Origin: the human T2T-CHM13v2.0 reference genome, Homo sapiens
Assembly (NCBI RefSeq): GCF_009914755.1
Contig: NC_060933.1
Strand: one strand, 5' to 3'
DNA length: 64,000 nucleotides
This document shows positions 27,001 through 42,600 of the stretch, one piece after another (the first letter of the stretch is position 1; each line of letters opens with the position of its first letter). Position numbers and translations under genes: made by a program. The notes under the pieces are model-generated. The model was not told the DNA's origin and did not search any database. It saw nothing but the letters and a program-made list of their open reading frames with translations.

Positions 27001-29216
27001 CCATTCTTTCCATTCCATTCAAGTTGATTCCATTCCATTGCATTCCATTCCATTCGATTCCATTCGATTGCACTCGGGTTGATTCCATTCCATAACATTC
27101 CATTCCATTCCATTCCATTCCATTCCATTCCATTCCATTGCATTCGGATTGATTCTATTCAATTCCCTTACACTCCATTACATTCCATTCCATTCGGGTA
27201 GTTTCCATTCCATTCCATTCCATTCCTCTCCATTTCATTGCACTCGGGTTGATTCCATTCCATTGCATTCCATTCCATTCCATTCCATTCTATTCCTTTC
27301 CATTCCATTCCATTACATTCGGATTGATTCTATTCAACTCCCTTACTCTCCATTCCATTCCATTCCATTCGGGTTGTTCCATTCCATTCCATTCCATTCC
27401 ACTCCATTACATTGCACTCGGGTTGATTCCATTCCATTCCATTCCATTCCATTCCGGAATATTCCATTCCATTGCATTCCATTCCATTCCATTCCCCTGC
27501 ACTCGCGTTGATTCCAATCTATTCCATTCTATTCCATTCCATTCCCTTCCTTTCCGTTCCATTCCATTCCATTCCATTCCATTCCATTCCATTCCGTTCC
27601 GTTCCATTCCATTCCATTCCATTCTATTCGGGTTAATTCCATTCCATTCCATTCGATTGCAATCGAGTTGATTCCATTCCATTCCATTCCATTCCATTCC
27701 ATTCCATTCCATTCCATTCCATTACGGATGATTCCATTCCATTGCATTCCATTCCATTCCATTCCCCTGTACTCGGGTTGATTCCATTCCTTTCCATTCC
27801 AATCCATGCCCTTCCACTCGTGTTGATTCCATTCTTTCCATTCCATCCTAGTTGAATCCATTCCATTGCATTCCATTCCATTCGATTCCATTCGAGTGCA
27901 GTCGGGTTGATTCCATTCCATTGCATTCCATTCCATTCCATTCCCCTGCACTCGCGTTGATTCCATTCTATTCCATTCTATTCCATTCCATTCCCTTCCT
28001 TTTCGTTCCATTCCATTCCATTCCATTCCATTCCATTCCGTTCCGTTCCATTCCATTCCATTCCATTCTATTCGGGTTAATTCCATTCCATTCCATTCGA
28101 TTGCCATCGAGTTGATTCCATTCCTTTCCATTCCATTCCATTCCATTCCTTTCCATTCCATTCCTTTCCATTCCATTACGGATGACTCCATTCCATTGCA
28201 TTCCATTCCCCTGTACTCGGGTTGATTCCATTCCATTCCATTCCACTCCATTCGGTTCCGTTGCATTCCATTCTATTGCATTCCCTTCTATTCGGGTTAA
28301 TTCCATTCCATTCTATTCCATTCCATTCCATTCCATTCCATTGCAATGGAGTTGATTCCATTCCATTCCATTCCATTCAGGATGATTCCATTCCATTGCA
28401 TTCCATTCCATTCCATTCCCCTGCACTCGTGTTGATTCCATTCCCTTCCATTCCATTCCATTCCGTTCCATTCCATTCCATTCCATTCTATTCCGGTTAA
28501 TTCCATTCCATTCCATTCCATTCCATTCCATTCCATTGCAATCGAGTTGATTCCATTCCATACCTTTCCATTCCATTCCATTGCCTTGCATTCCACTCGG
28601 GTTGATTCCATTCCCTTCTTTCCACTCCATTACATTCTCTTCCATTCCACTCGGAATGATTGATTCCATTCCATTCCATTCCATTTCATTCCATTTTAAT
28701 CCATTCCAATCCATTCCATTCCATTCCATTCCACTCGAGTTGACTTCATTCCATTCCTTTCCATTCCATTCCATTCCTTTCCACTCGAGTTGATTCCATT
28801 CCATTCCAATCCATTGCAATCCATTCCATGCCATTCCACTCGGGTTGATTCCATTCCTTTGCATTCCATTCCATTCCATTCCATTGCATTCCATTCCATT
28901 CCATTCCGTTGCATTCCATTCCATTACATTCGGATTGATTCTATTCAACTCCCTTACTCTCCATTACATTCCATTCCATTCGGGTTGTTCCATTCCATTC
29001 CATTCCATTCTACTCCATTCCATTGCACTCGGGTTTATTCCATTCGATTCCATTCCATTCCATTCCATTCCATTCCATTCTATTCCATTCCATTGCAATC
29101 GAGTTGAATCCATTGCATTTCATTCCATTGCATTCCATTCCATTCCATTCCCCTGTACTCGGGTTGATTCCATTCCATTTCATTCCAATCCATGCCATTC
29201 CACTCGTGTTGATTCC
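21051..29216 (+). repeat. ~8.1 kb higher-order repeat, copy 2 (8166 bp)
   Basis: Markers ATTCTTTACA 21051, CCTTTAAATT 23361, CCACTGCATTCCACTGCA ~24593, CGGTTTGAAAGC 26421, CATAAC 27091, ATCCTAG 27845. Confidence 0.92.
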
Positions 29217-32200
29217 ATTCTTTACATTCCATTCAAGTTGAATCCATTCCATTGCATTCCATTCCATTCCATTCCCCTGCAGTCGGGTTGATTCCATTCC
29301 ATTCCATTCCATTCCAATCCGTTCCGTTCCGTTCCATTCCATTCCATTCCTTTCTATTCGGGTTAATTCCATTCCATTCCATTCCATTCCATTCCATTCC
29401 AATCAAGTTGATTCCATTCCATTCCATTCCATTCCATTCCACTGCATTCCAGTCCTTTCCATTCCATTCCACTCGGGTTGATTCCAATGTATTCCTTTCC
29501 ATTCCATTCCATTCCATTGCAATCGAGTTGATTCCATTGCTTTGCATTCCATTCCATTCCATTCCATTCCGGATGATTCCATTCCATTGCATTCCATTCC
29601 ATTCCATTCCCCTGCATTCGGGTTGATTCCATTCCATTCCACTCCATTCCGTTCCATTCCATTCCATTCCATTGTATTCGGGTTAATTCCATTCCATTCC
29701 ATTCCATTCCATTCCATTACAATCGAGTTGATTCCATTCCATTCCATTCCATTCCAGTCCTTTCCATTCCATTCCTCTCTGGTTGATTCCATTCTATTAG
29801 TTTCCATTCCATTCCATTCCCTTCCATTCCACTCTGGTTGATTCCATTCCTTTCCATTCCACTCGAATACATTCCCTCCTATTCCACTCGGAACGATTCC
29901 ATTCCATTCCATTCCATTCCGTTCCATTCCATTCCATTCCATTCCATTCCATTGTACTCGTGTTGATTCCATTCCATTGCATTCCATTCCATTCCATTCC
30001 TTTCCATTCGGATTGATTCTATTCAACTCCCTTACTCTCCATTACATTACATTCCATTCGGGTTGTTCCATTCCATTCCATTCCATTCCACTCCATTCCA
30101 TTGCACTCGGGTTGATTCCATTCCATTCAATTCCATTCCATTCCGTTCCAGATGATTCCATTCCATTGCATTCCTTTCCATTACATTCCCCTGCACTCGC
30201 GTTGATTCCATTCCATTCCATTCAATTCCATTCCATTACAATTCGTTCCATTCCATTCTATTCCGTACCATTCCATTCCATTCCATACCATTCCATTCCA
30301 TTCCATTCCATTCCATTCTTTTCCATTCCGTTCCATTCCATTCCATTCCATTCTATTGAGATTAATTCCATTCCATTCCATTCCATTCTATTCCATTCCA
30401 TTGCAATCGAGTTGAATCCATTGCATTTCATTCCATTCCATTCCATTCTATTCCATTCCGGAAGATTCCATTCCATTGCATTCCATTCCATTCCATTCCC
30501 CTGCACTCGCGTTGATTCCATTCCATTCCATTCCATTCCATTCCGTTCCGTTCCATTCCATTCCATTCCATTCCATTCCGTTCCGTTCCATTCCATTCCA
30601 TTCCATTCTATTCGGGTTAATTCCATTCCATTCCATTCGATTGCAATCGAGTTGATTCCATTCCATTCCATTCCATTCCATTCCATTCCATTCCTTTCCA
30701 TTCCATTACGGATGATTCCATTCCATTGCATTCCATTCCATTCCATTCCCCTGTACTCGGGTTGATTCCATTCCATTCCATTCCAATCCATGCCATTCCA
30801 CTCGTGTTGATTCCATTCTTTCCATTCCATTCAAGTTGAATCCATTCCGTTGCATTCCATTCCATTCCATTCCCCTGCAGTCGGGTTGATTCCATTCCAT
30901 TCCATTCCATTCCATTCCATTCCATTCCATTCCATTCCGTTCCGTTCCGTTCCGTTCCATTCCATTCCATTCCTTTCTATTCGGGTTAATTCCATTCCAT
31001 TCCATTCCATTCCATTTCATTCCATTCCAATCAAGTTGATTCCATTCCATTGCATTCCATTCAATTCCATTCCATTCCATTCCACTCCATTCCAGTCCTT
31101 TCCATTCCATTCCACTCGGGTTTATTCCAATGTATTCCTTTCCATTCCATTCCTTTCCATTGCAATCGAGTTGATTCCATTGCTTTGCATTCCATTCCAT
31201 TCCATTCCATTCCGGATGATTCCATTCCATTGCATTCCATTCCATTCCATTCCCCTGCACTCGGGTTGATTCCATTCCATTCCACTCCATTCCATTCCAT
31301 TCCATTCCATTCCATTGTATTCGGGTTAATTCCATTCCATTCCATTCCATTCCATTCCATTCCATTACAATCGAGTTGATTCCATTCCATTCCATTGCAT
31401 TCCAGTCCTTTCCATTCCATTCCACTCGGGTTGATTCCATTCTATTAGTTTCCATTCCATTCCATTCCCTTCCATTCCACTCTGGTTGATTCCATTCCTT
31501 TAAATTCCACTCGAATACATTCCCTCCTATTCCACTCGGAACGATTCCATTCCATTCCATTCCATTCCATTCCATTCCATTCCATTCCATTTCGTTCCAT
31601 TCCATTCTATTCCGTATCATTCCATTCCATTCCATTGCATTCCATTCCATTCCATTCCATTCCATTCCGTTGCATTCCATTCCATTACATTCGGATTGAT
31701 TCTATTCAACTCCCTTACTCTCCATTACATTACATTCCATTCGGGTTGTTACATTCCATTCCACTGCATTCCATTGCACTCGGGTTGATTCCATTCCATT
31801 CCATTCCATTCCGGATGATTCCATTCCATTGCATTCCGTTCCATTACATTCCCCTGCACTCGCGTTGATTCCATTCCATTCCATTCCATTCCATTCAATT
31901 CCATTCCATTACAATTCGTTCCATTCCATTCTATTCCGTACCATTCCATTCCATTCCATACCATTCCATTCCATTCCATTCCATTCCATTCCGTTCCATT
32001 CCGTTCCATTCCATTCCATTCCATTCTATTCGGATTAATTCCATTCCATTCCATTCCATTACATTCTATTCCATTCCATTGCAATCGATTTGAATCCATT
32101 GCATTTCATTCCATTCCATTCCATTCCATTCCATTCCATTCCGGAAGATTCCATTCCATTGCATTCCTTTCCATTCCATTCCCCTGCACTCGCGTTGATT

Positions 32201-35200
32201 CCATTCCATACCATTCCATTCCATTCCGTTCCGTTCCATTCCATTCCATTCCATTCCATTCCATTCCGTTCCCTTCCATTCTATTCCATTCCATTCCATT
32301 CGGGTTAATTCCATTCCATTCCATTCGATTGCAATCCAGTTGATTCCATTCCATTCCATTCCATTCCATTCCATTCCATTCCATTCCATTCCTTTCCATT
32401 CCATTACGGATGATTCCATTCCATTGCATTCCATTCCATTCCATTCCCCTGTACTCGGGTTGATTCCATTCCATTCCATTCCAATCCATGCCATTCCACT
32501 CGTGTTGATTCCATTCTTTCCATTCCATTCAAGTTGAATCCATTGCATTGCATTCCATTCAATTCGATTCCATTCGATTGCACTGGGGTTTATTCCATTC
32601 CATTGCATTCCATTCCATTCCATTCCATTCCATTCCATTCCATTCCATTACATTCGGATTGATTCTATTCAACTCCCTTACTCTCCATTACATTCCATTC
32701 CATTCGGGTTGTTCCATTCCATTCCATTCCATTCCACTGCATTCCACTGCACTCGGGTTGATTCCATTCCATTCCATTCCATTCCATTCCATTCCATTCC
32801 AGTCCTTTCCATTCCATTCCACTCGGGTTGATTCCATTCTATTGGTTTCCATTCCATTCCATTCCCTTCCATTCCACTCTGGTTGATTCCATTCCTTTCC
32901 ATTCCACTCGAATACATTCTCTCCTATTCCACTCGGAATGATTCCATTCCATTCCATTCCATTCCATTCCATTCCATTTCGTTCCATTCCATTCTATTCC
33001 GTATCATTCCATTCCATTCCATTCCATTCCGTTCCATTGTACTCGGGTTGATTCCATTCCATTGCATTCCATTCCATTCCATTCCATTCCATTCCATTCC
33101 ATTCCGTTCCATTCCATTACATTCGGATTGATTCTATTCAACTCCCTAACTCTCCATTACATTCCATTCCATTCGGGTTGATCCATTCCATTCCATTCCA
33201 TTCCACTCCATTCCATTGCACTCGGGTTGATTCCATTCCATTCCATTCCATTCCATTCCATTCCATTCCATTCCGGATGATTCCATTCCATTGCATTCCG
33301 TTCCATTACATTCCCCTGCACTCGGGTTGATTCCATTCCATTCCATTCCATTCCATTCCATTCCATTCCATTCCAATTCTTTCCATTCCATTCTATTCCG
33401 TACCATGCCATTCCATTCCATACAACACCATTCCATTCCATTCCACTCCGTTCCGTTCCGTTCCGTTCCGTTCCGTTCCATTCCATTCCATTGCATTCTA
33501 TTCGGGTTAATTCCATTCCATTCCATTCGATTGCAATCGAGTTGATTCCATTCCATTCCATTCCATTCCATTCCATTCCATTCCATTCCTTTCCATTCCA
33601 TTACGGATGATTCCATTCCATTGCATTCCATTCCATTCCATTTCCCTGTACTCGGGTTGATTCCATTCCATTTCATTCCAATCCATGCCATTCCACTCGT
33701 GTTGATTCCATTCTTTCCATTCCATTCAAGTTGAATCCATTCCATTGCATTCCATTCCAGTCCATTCCCCTGCATTCGGGTTGTTTCCATTCCATTCCAT
33801 TCCATTCCATTCCATTCCATTCCATTCCATTCCGTTCTGTTCCATTCCATTCCATTCCATTCTATTCGGGTTAATTCCATTCCTTTCCATTCCATTCCAT
33901 TCCATTCCATTCCAATCTAGTTGATTCCATTCCATTCCATTCCATTCCATTCCACTCCATTCCAGTCCATTCCATTCCATTCCACTCGGGTTGATTCCAA
34001 TGTATTCCTTTCCATTCCATTCCATTCCATTGCAATCGAGTTGATTCCATTGCTTTGCATTCCATTCCATTCCATTCCATTCCGGATGATTTCATTCCAT
34101 TGCATTCCATTCCATTCCATTCCCCTGCACTCGGGTTGATTCCATTCCATTCCACTCCATTCCATTCCATTCCATTCCATTCCGTTGTATTCGGGTTAAT
34201 TCCATTCCATTCCATTCCATTCCATTCCATTCCATTCCATTCCATTCCATTCCAATCCATTACAATCGAGTTGATTCCATTCCATTCCATTCCATTCCAT
34301 TCCATTCCATTCCATTCCATTCCATTCCTTTCCATTCCATTCCACTCGGTTTGATTCCATTCTATTAGTTTCCATTCCATTCCATTCCCTTCCATTCCAC
34401 TCTGGTTGATTCCATTCCTTTCCATTCCACTCGAATACATTCCCTCCTATTCCACTCGGAACGATTCTATTCCATTCCATTCCATTCCATTCCATTCCAT
34501 TCCATTCCATTTCGTTCCATTCCATTCTATTCCGTACCATTCCATTCCATTCCATTCCTTTCCATTCCATTCCATTCCACTCGTGTTGATTCCATTCCTT
34601 TCCATTCCATTCGGTTTGAAAACATTCCATTCCATTCCATTCCACTCCATTCCATTCCATTCCATTCCATTCCATTCCATTCCATTCCATTCCATTGTAC
34701 TCGGGTTGATTCCATTCCATTGCATTCCATTCCATTCCATTCCATTCCATTCCATTCCATTCCATTCCGTTGCATTCCATTCCATTCCATTCCCCTGCAC
34801 TCGCGTTGATTCCATTCCATTCCATTCCATTCCATTCCATTCCGTTCCGTTCCATTGCATTCCATTCCATTCCATTCCGTTCCGTTCCATTCCATTCCAT
34901 TCCATTCTATTCGGGTTACTTCCATTCCATTCCATTCGATTGCAATCGAGTTGTTTCCATTCCATTCCATTCCATTGCATTCCATTCCATTCCTTTCCAT
35001 TCCATTACGGATGATTCCATTCCATTGCATTCCATTCCATTCCATTCCCCTGTACTCGGGTTGATTCCATTCCATTCCATTCCAATCCATGCCATTCCAC
35101 TCGTGTTGTTTCCATTCTTTCCATTCCATTCAAGTTGATTCCATTCCATTGCATTCCATTCCATTCGATTCCATTCGATTGCACTCGGGTTGATTCCATT

Positions 35201-37198
35201 CCATAACATTCCATTCCATTCCATTCCATTCCATTCCATTCCATTCCATTCCATTGCATTCGGATTGATTCTATTCAATTCCCTTACACTCCATTACATT
35301 CCATTCCATTCGGGTAGTTTCCATTCCATTCCATTCCATTCCTCTCCATTTCATTGCACTCGGGTTGATTCCATTCCATTGCATTCCATTCCATTCCATT
35401 CCATTCTATTCCTTTCCATTCCATTCCATTACATTCCGGAATATTCCATTCCATTGCATTCCATTCCATTCCATTCCCCTTCACTCGCGTTGATTCCAAT
35501 CTATTCCATTCTATTCCATTCCATTCCCTTCCTTTCCGTTCCATTCCATTCCATTCCATTCCATTCCATTCCGTTCCGTTCCATTCCATTCCATTCCATT
35601 CTATTCGGGTTAATTCCATTCCATTCCATTCGATTGCAGTCGAGTTGATTCCATTCCATTCCATTCCATTCCATTCCATTCCATTCCATTCCTTTCCATT
35701 CCATTACGGATGATTCCATTCCATTGCATTCCATTCCATTCCATTCCCCTGTACTCGGGTTGATTCCATTCCTTTCCATTCCAATCCATGCCCTTCCACT
35801 CGTGTTGATTCCATTCTTTCCATTCCATCCTAGTTGAATCCATTCCATTGCATTCCATTCCATTCGATTCCATTCGAGTGCAGTCGGGTTGATTCCATTC
35901 CATTGCATTCCATTCCATTCCATTCCCCTGCACTCGCGTTGATTCCATTCTATTCCATTCTATTCCATTCCATTCCCTTCCTTTTCGTTCCATTCCATTC
36001 CATTCCATTCCATTCCATTCCGTTCCGTTCCATTCCATTCCATTCCATTCTATTCGGGTTAATTCCATTCCATTCCATTCGATTGCCATCGAGTTGATTC
36101 CATTCCTTTCCATTCCATTCCATTCCATTCCTTTCCATTCCATTCCTTTCCATTCCATTACGGATGACTCCATTCCATTGCATTCCATTCCCCTGTACTC
36201 GGGTTGATTCCATTGCATTCCATTCCACTCCATTCGGTTCCGTTGCATTCCATTCTATTGCATTCCCTTCTATTCGGGTTAATTCCATTCCATTCTATTC
36301 CATTCCATTCCATTCCATTCCATTGCAATGGAGTTGATTCCATTCCATTCCATTCCATTCAGGATGATTCCATTCCATTGCATTCCATTCCATTCCATTC
36401 CCCTGCACTCGTGTTGATTCCATTCCCTTCCATTCCATTCCATTCCGTTCCATTCCATTCCATTCCATTCTATTCCGGTTAATTCCATTCCATTCCATTC
36501 CATTCCATTCCATTCCATTGCAATCGAGTTGATTCCATTCCATTCCTTTCCATTCCATTCCATTGCCTTGCATTCCACTCGGGTTGATTCCATTCCCTTC
36601 TTTCCACTCCATTACATTCTCTTCCATTCCACTCGGAATGATTGATTCCATTCCATTCCATTCCATTTCATTCCATTTTAATCCATTCCAATCCATTCCA
36701 TTCCATTCCATTCCACTCGAGTTGACTTCATTCCATTCCTTTCCATTCCATTCCATTCCTTTCCACTCGAGTTGATTCCATTCCATTCCAATCCATTGCA
36801 ATCCATTCCATGCCATTCCACTCGGGTTGATTCCATTCCTTTGCATTCCATTCCATTCCATTCCATTGCATTCCATTCCATTCCATTCCGTTGCATTCCA
36901 TTCCATTACATTCGGATTGATTCTATTCAACTCCCTTACTCTCCATTCCATTCCATTCCATTCGGGTTGTTCCATTCCATTCCATTCCATTCCACTCCAT
37001 TCCATTGCACTCGGGTTTATTCCATTCGATTCCATTCCATTCCATTCCATTCCATTCCATTCTATTCCATTCCATTGCAATCGAGTTGAATCCATTGCAT
37101 TTCATTCCATTGCATTCCATTCCATTCCATTCCCCTGTACTCGGGTTGATTCCATTCCATTTCATTCCAATCCATGCCATTCCACTCGTGTTGATTCC
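29217..37198 (+). repeat. ~8.0 kb higher-order repeat, copy 3 (7982 bp)
   Basis: Same ordered markers as copy 2 at offsets of ~8.0-8.2 kb (29217, ~31497, ~32734, ~34612, 35827). Near-identical to copy 2 apart from short indels. Confidence 0.92.
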
Positions 37199-39695
37199 AT
37201 TCTTTACATTCCATTCAAGTTGAATCCATTCCATTGCATTCCATTCCATTCCATTCCCCTGCAGTCGGGTTGATTCCATTCCATTCCATTCCATTCCAAT
37301 CCGTTCCGTTCCGTTCCATTCCATTCCATTCCATTCCTTTCTATTCGGGTTAATTCCATTCCATTCCATTCCATTCCATTCCATTCCAATCAAGTTGATT
37401 CCATTCCATTCCATTCCATTCCATTCCATTCCATTCCATTCCACTGCATTCCAGTCCTTTCCATTCCATTCCACTCGGGTTGATTCCAATGTATTCCTTT
37501 CCATTCCATTCCATTCCATTGCAATCGAGTTGATTCCATTGCTTTGCATTCCATTCCATTCCATTCCATTCCGGATGATTCCATTCCATTGCATTCCATT
37601 CCATTCCATTCCCCTGCATTCGGGTTGATTCCATTCCATTCCACTCCATTCCGTTCCATTCCATTCCATTCCATTGTATTCGGGTTAATTCCATTCCATT
37701 CCATTCCATTCCATTCCATTACAATCGAGTTGATTCCATTCCATTCCATTCCATTCCAGTCCTTTCCATTCCATTCCTCTCTGGTTGAGTCCATTCTATT
37801 AGTTTCCATTCCATTCCATTCCCTTCCATTCCACTCTGGTTGATTCCATTCCTTTCCATTCCACTCGAATACATTCCCTCCTATTCCACTCGGAACGATT
37901 CCATTCCATTCCATTCCATTCCGTTCCATTCCATTCCATTCCATTCCATTCCATTGTACTCGTGTTGATTCCATTCCATTGCATTCCATTCCATTCCATT
38001 CCTTTCCATTCGGATTGATTCTATTCAACTCCCTTACTCTCCATTACATTACATTCCATTCGGGTTGTTCCATTCCATTCCATTCCATTCCACTCCATTC
38101 CATTGCACTCGGGTTGATTCCATTCCATTCAATTCCATTCCATTCCATTCCAGATGATTCCATTCCATTGCATTCCTTTCCATTACATTCCCCTGCACTC
38201 GCGTTGATTCCATTCCATTCCATTCAATTCCATTCCATTACAATTCGTTCCATTCCATTCTATTCCGTACCATTCCATTCCATTCCATACCATTCCATTC
38301 CATTCCATTCCATTCCATTCTTTTCCATTCCGTTCCATTCCATTCCATTCCATTCTATTGAGATTAATTCCATTCCATTCCATTCCATTCTATTCCATTC
38401 CATTGCAATCGAGTTGAATCCATTGCATTTCATTCCATTCCATTCCATTCTATTCCATTCCGGAAGATTCCATTCCATTGCATTCCATTCCATTCCATTC
38501 CCCTGCACTCGCGTTGATTCCATTCCATTCCATTCCATTCCATTCCGCTCCGTTCCATTCCATTCCATTCCATTCCATTCCGTTCCGTTCCATTCCATTC
38601 CATTCCATTCTATTCGGGTTAATTCCATTCCATTCCATTCGATTGCAATCGAGTTGATTCCATTCCATTCCATTCCATTCCATTCCATTCCATTCCTTTC
38701 CATTCCATTACGGATGATTCCATTCCATTGCATTCCATTCCATTCCATTCCCCTGTACTCGGGTTGATTCCATTCCATTCCATTCCAATCCATGCCATTC
38801 CACTCGTGTTGATTCCATTCTTTCCATTCCATTCAAGTTGAATCCATTCCGTTGCATTCCATTCCATTCCATTCCCCTGCAGTCGGGTTGATTCCATTCC
38901 ATTCCATTCCATTCCATTCCATTCCATTCCGTTCCGTTCCGTTCCGTTCCATTCCATTCCATTCCTTTCTATTCGGGTTAATTCCATTCCATTCCATTCC
39001 ATTCCATTTCATTCCATTCCAATCAAGTTGATTCCATTCCATTGCATTCCATTCAATTCCATTCCATTCCATTCCTCTCCATTCCAGTCCTTTCCATTCC
39101 ATTCCACTCGGGTTTATTCCAATGTATTCCTTTCCATTCCATTCCTTTCCATTGCAATCGAGTTGATTCCATTGCTTTGCATTCCATTCCATTCCATTCC
39201 ATTCCGGATGATTCCATTCCATTGCATTCCATTCCATTCCATTCCCCTGCACTCGGGTTGATTCCATTCCATTCCACTCCATTCCATTCCATTCCATTCC
39301 ATTCCATTGTATTCGGGTTAATTCCATTCCATTCCATTCCATTCCATTCCATTCCATTACAATCGAGTTGATTCCATTCCATTCCATTGCATTCCAGTCC
39401 TTTCCATTCCATTCCACTCGGGTTGATTCCATTCTATTAGTTTCCATTCCATTCCATTCCCTTCCATTCCACTCTGGTTGATTCCATTCCTTTAAATTCC
39501 ACTCGAATACATTCCCTCCTATTCCACTCGGAACGATTCCATTCCATTCCATTCCATTCCATTCCATTCCATTCCATTCCATTCCATTACGGATGATTCC
39601 ATTCCATTGCATTCCATTCCATTCCATTCCCCTGTACTCGGGTTGATTCCATTCCATTTCATTCCAATCCATGCCATTCCACTCGTGTTGATTCC
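37199..39695 (+). repeat. Truncated HOR copy 4 (2497 bp, head only), tandemly duplicated with the head of copy 5
   Basis: ATTCTTTACA at 37199 and 39696. AATACATTCCCTCC at 37868/40365 and 39506/42008. Private variants CCGCTCCGTT (~38545/41042) and CCTCTCCATTCCAG (~39074/41576) are shared. Confidence 0.9.
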
Positions 39696-42600
39696 ATTCT
39701 TTACATTCCATTCAAGTTGAATCCATTCCATTGCATTCTATTCCATTCCATTCCCCTGCAGTCGGGTTGATTCCATTCCATTCCATTCCATTCCAATCCG
39801 TTCCGTTCCGTTCCATTCCATTCCATTCCTTTCTATTCGGGTTAATTCCATTCCATTCCATTCCATTCCATTCCATTCCAATCAAGTTGATTCCATTCCA
39901 TTCCATTCCATTCCATTCCATTCCATTCCATTCCATTCCACTGCATTCCAGTCCTTTCCATTCCATTCCACTCGGGTTGATTCCAATGTATTCCTTTCCA
40001 TTCCATTCCATTCCATTGCAATCGAGTTGATTCCATTGCTTTGCATTCCATTCCATTCCATTCCATTCCGGATGATTCCATTCCATTGCATTCCATTCCA
40101 TTCCATTCCCCTGCATTCGGGTTGATTCCATTCCATTCCACTCCATTCCGTTCCATTCCATTCCATTCCATTGTATTCGGGTTAATTCCATTCCATTCCA
40201 TTCCATTCCATTCCATTACAATCGAGTTGATTCCATTCCATTCCATTCCATTCCAGTCCTTTCCATTCCATTCCTCTCTGGTTGATTCCATTCTATTAGT
40301 TTCCATTCCATTCCATTCCCTTCCATTCCACTCTGGTTGATTCCATTCCTTTCCATTCCACTCGAATACATTCCCTCCTATTCCACTCGGAACGATTCCA
40401 TTCCATTCCATTCCATTCCGTTCCATTCCATTCCATTCCATTCCATTCCATTGTACTCGTGTTGATTCCATTCCATTGCATTCCATTCCATTCCATTCCT
40501 TTCCATTCGGATTGATTCTATTCAACTCCCTTACTCTCCATTACATTACATTCCATTCGGGTTGTTCCATTCCATTCCATTCCATTCCACTCCATTCCAT
40601 TGCACTCGGGTTGATTCCATTCCATTCAATTCCATTCCATTCCATTCCAGATGATTCCATTCCATTGCATTCCTTTCCATTACATTCCCCTGCACTCGCG
40701 TTGATTCCATTCCATTCCATTCAATTCCATTCCATTACAATTCGTTCCATTCCATTCTATTCCGTACCATTCCATTCCATTCCATACCATTCCATTCCAT
40801 TCCATTCCATTCCATTCTTTTCCATTCCGTTCCATTCCATTCCATTCCATTCTATTGAGATTAATTCCATTCCATTCCATTCCATTCTATTCCATTCCAT
40901 TGCAATCGAGTTGAATCCATTGCATTTCATTCCATTCCATTCCATTCTATTCCATTCCGGAAGATTCCATTCCATTGCATTCCATTCCATTCCATTCCCC
41001 TGCACTCGCGTTGATTCCATTCCATTCCATTCCATTCCATTCCGCTCCGTTCCATTCCATTCCATTCCATTCCATTCCGTTCCGTTCCATTCCATTCCAT
41101 TCCATTCTATTCGGGTTAATTCCATTCCATTCCATTCGATTGCAATCGAGTTGATTCCATTCCATTCCATTCCATTCCATTCCATTCCATTCCTTTCCAT
41201 TCCATTACGGATGATTCCATTCCATTGCATTCCATTCCATTCCATTCCCCTGTACTCGGGTTGATTCCATTCCATTCCATTCCAATCCATGCCATTCCAC
41301 TCGTGTTGATTCCATTCTTTCCATTCCATTCAAGTTGAATCCATTCCGTTGCATTCCATTCCATTCCATTCCCCTGCAGTCGGGTTGATTCCATTCCATT
41401 CCATTCCATTCCATTCCATTCCATTCCATTCCGTTCCGTTCCGTTCCGTTCCATTCCATTCCATTCCTTTCTATTCGGGTTAATTCCATTCCATTCCATT
41501 CCATTCCATTTCATTCCATTCCAATCAAGTTGATTCCATTCCATTGCATTCCATTCAATTCCATTCCATTCCATTCCTCTCCATTCCAGTCCTTTCCATT
41601 CCATTCCACTCGGGTTTATTCCAATGTATTCCTTTCCATTCCATTCCTTTCCATTGCAATCGAGTTGATTCCATTGCTTTGCATTCCATTCCATTCCATT
41701 CCATTCCGGATGATTCCATTCCATTGCATTCCATTCCATTCCATTCCCCTGCACTCGGGTTGATTCCATTCCATTCCACTCCATTCCATTCCATTCCATT
41801 CCATTCCATTGTATTCGGGTTAATTCCATTCCATTCCATTCCATTCCATTCCATTCCATTACAATCGAGTTGATTCCATTCCATTCCATTGCATTCCAGT
41901 CCTTTCCATTCCATTCCACTCGGGTTGATTCCATTCTATTAGTTTCCATTCCATTCCATTCCCTTCCATTCCACTCTGGTTGATTCCATTCCTTTAAATT
42001 CCACTCGAATACATTCCCTCCTATTCCACTCGGAACGATTCCATTCCATTCCATTCCATTCCATTCCATTCCATTCCATTCCATTCCATTCCATTTCGTT
42101 CCGTTCCATTCTATTCCGAATCATTCCATTCCATTCCATTGCATTCCATTCCATTCCATTCCATTCCATTCCGTTGCATTCCATTCCATTACATTCGGAT
42201 TGATTCTATTCAACTCCCTTACTCTCCATTACATTACATTCCATTCGGGTTGTTCCATTCCATTCCACTCCATTCCATTGCACTCGGGTTGATTCCATTC
42301 CATTCCATTCCATTCCGGATGATTCCATTCCATTGCATTCCGTTCCATTACATTCCCCTGCACTCGCGTTGATTCCATTCCATTCCATTCCATTCCATTC
42401 AATTCCATTCCATTACAATTCGTTCCATTCCATTCTATTCCGTACCATTCCATTCCATTCCATACCATTCCATTCCATTCCATTCCATTCCATTCCGTTC
42501 CATTCCGTTCCATTCCATTCCATTCCATTCTATTCGGATTAATTCCATTCCATTCCATTCCATTACATTCTATTCCATTCCATTGCAATCGAGTTGAATC

